From assembly GCA_963783385.1 (NCBI GenBank), contig CAWANJ010000002.1, positions 64,001 to 128,000 of the forward strand: a stretch of 64,000 nucleotides of DNA. The letters run 5' to 3'. This DNA comes from an uncultured Gemmatimonadales bacterium (GTDB lineage Bacteria > Gemmatimonadota > Gemmatimonadetes > Palauibacterales > Palauibacteraceae). Positions 62,110 through 64,000 of the stretch are shown here, in pieces; the stretch's first letter is position 1, and every line of letters starts with the position of its first letter. The notes beneath the pieces were generated by a model, which saw only the letters and a list, made by a program, of their open reading frames with translations, had not been told where the DNA came from and did not search any database. The position numbers and the translations under genes are program-made.

Positions 62110-62486
62110 CACTCGCCTCGTGTCCGAGTTCCGGGCTTCCCGCGCTCACGCGGCAGCTCGTCCAGGAGCTCGACCGCGCGCCGGAGGTGCGGTATCACGA
62201 TGGATCCCCCCACCACGAGCGCCACGTTGAACACGTCCAACATCTCTTCGTCCGCGACACCCTCTTCCCGGCAGCGGCTCACGTGGTAGGCCACGCAATC
62301 GTCACACCGGAGGACCATCGAGGCGACCAGGCCCAGCATCTCCAGGGTGCGGGCATCGAGCGCGGCGTCCTCGTAGGCCGCCTGGTCGAGGCGGAAGAAA
62401 CGTCGGATCCCGAGGTGTCCGGACGACAGGATCCGGTCGTTCATGCGCTCCCGGTACGCCCGGAACTCGTCCAGCCGATCCGCCAT
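62109..62486 (-). CDS. Carboxymuconolactone decarboxylase / AhpD-like protein
   Basis: GGAGGAGG RBS; EMLGLVASMVLRCDDCVAYH, VVGGSIVIPHLRRA. Confidence 0.92.
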   Translation of the reverse strand: MADRLDEFRAYRERMNDRILSSGHLGIRRFFRLDQAAYEDAALDARTLEMLGLVASMVLRCDDCVAYHVSRCREEGVADEEMLDVFNVALVVGGSIVIPHLRRAVELLDELPRERGKPGTRTRGE

Positions 62487-62698
62487 GGTGCCTCCTCCTG
62501 CTCGGGTCCCGGGCTCGCCGCGGACCGCGTGTTCGCGGCGAGCCTCATCATGCCGGCCCCCGGTCGCGCCCGCCACGGCCCGCGCCTCCGACCGCCGGAG
62601 GGGTCAGGTTGAGCACCTGAATTCGGACTCGCCTCGCGAGCCCGCCGACGTCCCGGACTGCCGTGCGAACCCGCTACATGGAGGCGCCAGCCGTTCCG

Positions 62699-63010
62699 AT
62701 GCAGATCCGGCTCATCCTGACCTTCCTCCTGGTGGCCCTGTCGTGGTTCTTCGCCGAGGACCTCGAGGGCTGGAGCTTCTTGCGCTGGTGGACGGCCGGG
62801 TGGCTGGCCCTCCTGGTCGAGATCCTCCTCGGCGGATCGATCCTGGGCGTGAGCACCGTCCTCCTGCTTCGAGCGCTCCGGCGAGGAGCCGTTCCCGGTT
62901 GAGCTCTCGATGAGTTCGTTCGAGCACGATGGTCGTCGGGTTCGGCAGGTCATCGTGCGGGACATCACGGCGCGCAAAGCGCTGGAGGACCGGCTGTCGC
63001 ACCGGGCGGG
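62699..63010 (+). pseudogene. Deleted remnant of a membrane-anchored PAS/PAC sensor (GGDEF- or kinase-type)
   Basis: N-terminal TM ORF 62699..62902 ending LRALRR, then in a shifted frame EPFPVELSMSSFEHDGRRVRQVIVRDITARKALEDRLSHRA (PAC motif and linker); no output domain follows. Confidence 0.65.
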
Positions 63011-63110
63011 TGACCAGTGCTGGTCGAGGGCGGCGGTCGGATGGTCATGACGGTCGGGGGGGTGTGAGACGGGTGCCGCGGTCCCGGCGTCCCCTTAGCT
63101 TGAGGCGCCC

Positions 63111-64000
63111 ATGACGCAGGTGGCACTGGATCACGAGTTCGCGGCGATCCTCGACGGGTGTCTCGAGGCGCTCGGCGAGGAAGTCATGGCCGTGCAGGAG
63201 GAGCTCGCCCGGCGCGGCCTGGACCGTCCCCTGCCCGGGCACCAGGGGCGCGTGCAGGACTCGGCCGGCGGCAGCTTCTTCTATGAGTGGAAGGTGCCGG
63301 ACGGGACCTACGACATCCGTCCGGACGACGCCGTCCGCGTTCGGACCGAAGCCTCGGAGGCGCAGGGCTTCGTCCTCGGCTACCAGCGTGCCCGGTCCGT
63401 GGTGCGCGTGGCCGTCGGCGACTGGCTGGGCCGCCACCCCGAGCCCGTCGAGCTCGAGTTCGATCCCACCTGGCTGCTCGCGGCCCTCGCCACGCGCCTG
63501 GAGGCGATGCGGGAGGAGCCGGACAAGTTCCATCCGGACACCGTCCTGCGCCTGTTCGGTCGCGCCTATCCCGAGCTCGGCGAGGATGCGCCCCGCCTGT
63601 CCGGCTCGAACACGCTGAACGCCTCCCAGAGGCACGCGCTGGGACGGCTGCTGGGGAGCGACGTGCACTTCGTATGGGGCCCTCCCGGCACCGGAAAGAC
63701 GCTTCTGCTGGGGCACGCGGTGGCCGAGCTGGCCGAACGGGGCAGCGTGCTGGTGGCGACGACCACGAACGGCGCCCTGGACGAGGCGGCCGCCCGGGTG
63801 GCCGAGGTCCTGGGGCGCGGTGCCGTCGAGGCCAACCGCATCGTTCGGGTGGGCGCCGAGTACAGCGGCACGGGGGATCCGTCCCTGTCGCTGGACGCGG
63901 CCGTCGAGCGCCGGGTGCACGACCGCGGCCGCCGCGTCTCCGACGCCGTGGAGGAGATGGAGCGCGAGATGCTGTCCCGCGCCCAGCGCCGCGAGGCGAA
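63111..64000 (+). CDS. Superfamily 1 helicase (DNA2/UPF1-like AAA_11), truncated by the window edge; absent from ORF track
   Basis: ATG at 63111 open to the end; LNASQ Q-motif, VWGPPGTGKT Walker A (63678-63701), VATTTNGALDE motif Ia, IVRVG. Confidence 0.88.
   Translation, partial: MTQVALDHEFAAILDGCLEALGEEVMAVQEELARRGLDRPLPGHQGRVQDSAGGSFFYEWKVPDGTYDIRPDDAVRVRTEASEAQGFVLGYQRARSVVRVAVGDWLGRHPEPVELEFDPTWLLAALATRLEAMREEPDKFHPDTVLRLFGRAYPELGEDAPRLSGSNTLNASQRHALGRLLGSDVHFVWGPPGTGKTLLLGHAVAELAERGSVLVATTTNGALDEAAARVAEVLGRGAVEANRIVRVGAEYSGTGDPSLSLDAAVERRVHDRGRRVSDAVEEMEREMLSRAQRREA

Noticed and set aside
1-64000. CRISPR array, rRNA, tRNA, integron attC array, prophage
   Set aside because: No regularly spaced short repeats, RNA-gene signatures, integrase or phage structural genes seen.

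Overview
High-GC bacterial chromosomal segment. The gene repertoire (BTAD-TPR sensor, VPS10/BNR proteins, DUF5916, 6-bladed propeller lipoproteins, DUF2911) resembles Gemmatimonadota; this is inference, not a database result. It holds about 50 genes: secreted peptidases and hydrolases (prolyl oligopeptidase, tricorn protease, ABC-permease/M1 aminopeptidase fusion, amidohydrolase, two VPS10-type proteins), transporters (APC, VIT1, two MscS, ABC), redox genes (pntA1-pntA2-pntB, dodecin, TlpA, DsbA, AKR), a coupled CMD-DoxX-O-methyltransferase-aromatic amino acid decarboxylase operon, and an SF1 helicase cut by the right edge. Many long genes in the left half have single-base frameshifts, most likely uncorrected long-read errors. 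No rRNA, tRNA, CRISPR array, integrase or transposase was recognised. The most unusual feature is two independent loci (about 1.9-5.4 kb and 29.7-34.1 kb) with the same architecture: tandem [left-flank gene fragment]-[variable lower-GC cargo]-[right-flank gene fragment] units joined at a sharp junction, suggesting integrase-free stacking of alternative cargo alleles. A strain-chimeric assembly must be excluded first. Three pseudogenes reduced by several internal deletions, two sigma54-like promoters and several small genes missed by the ORF track are also reported. All family assignments come from motifs recognised by eye.
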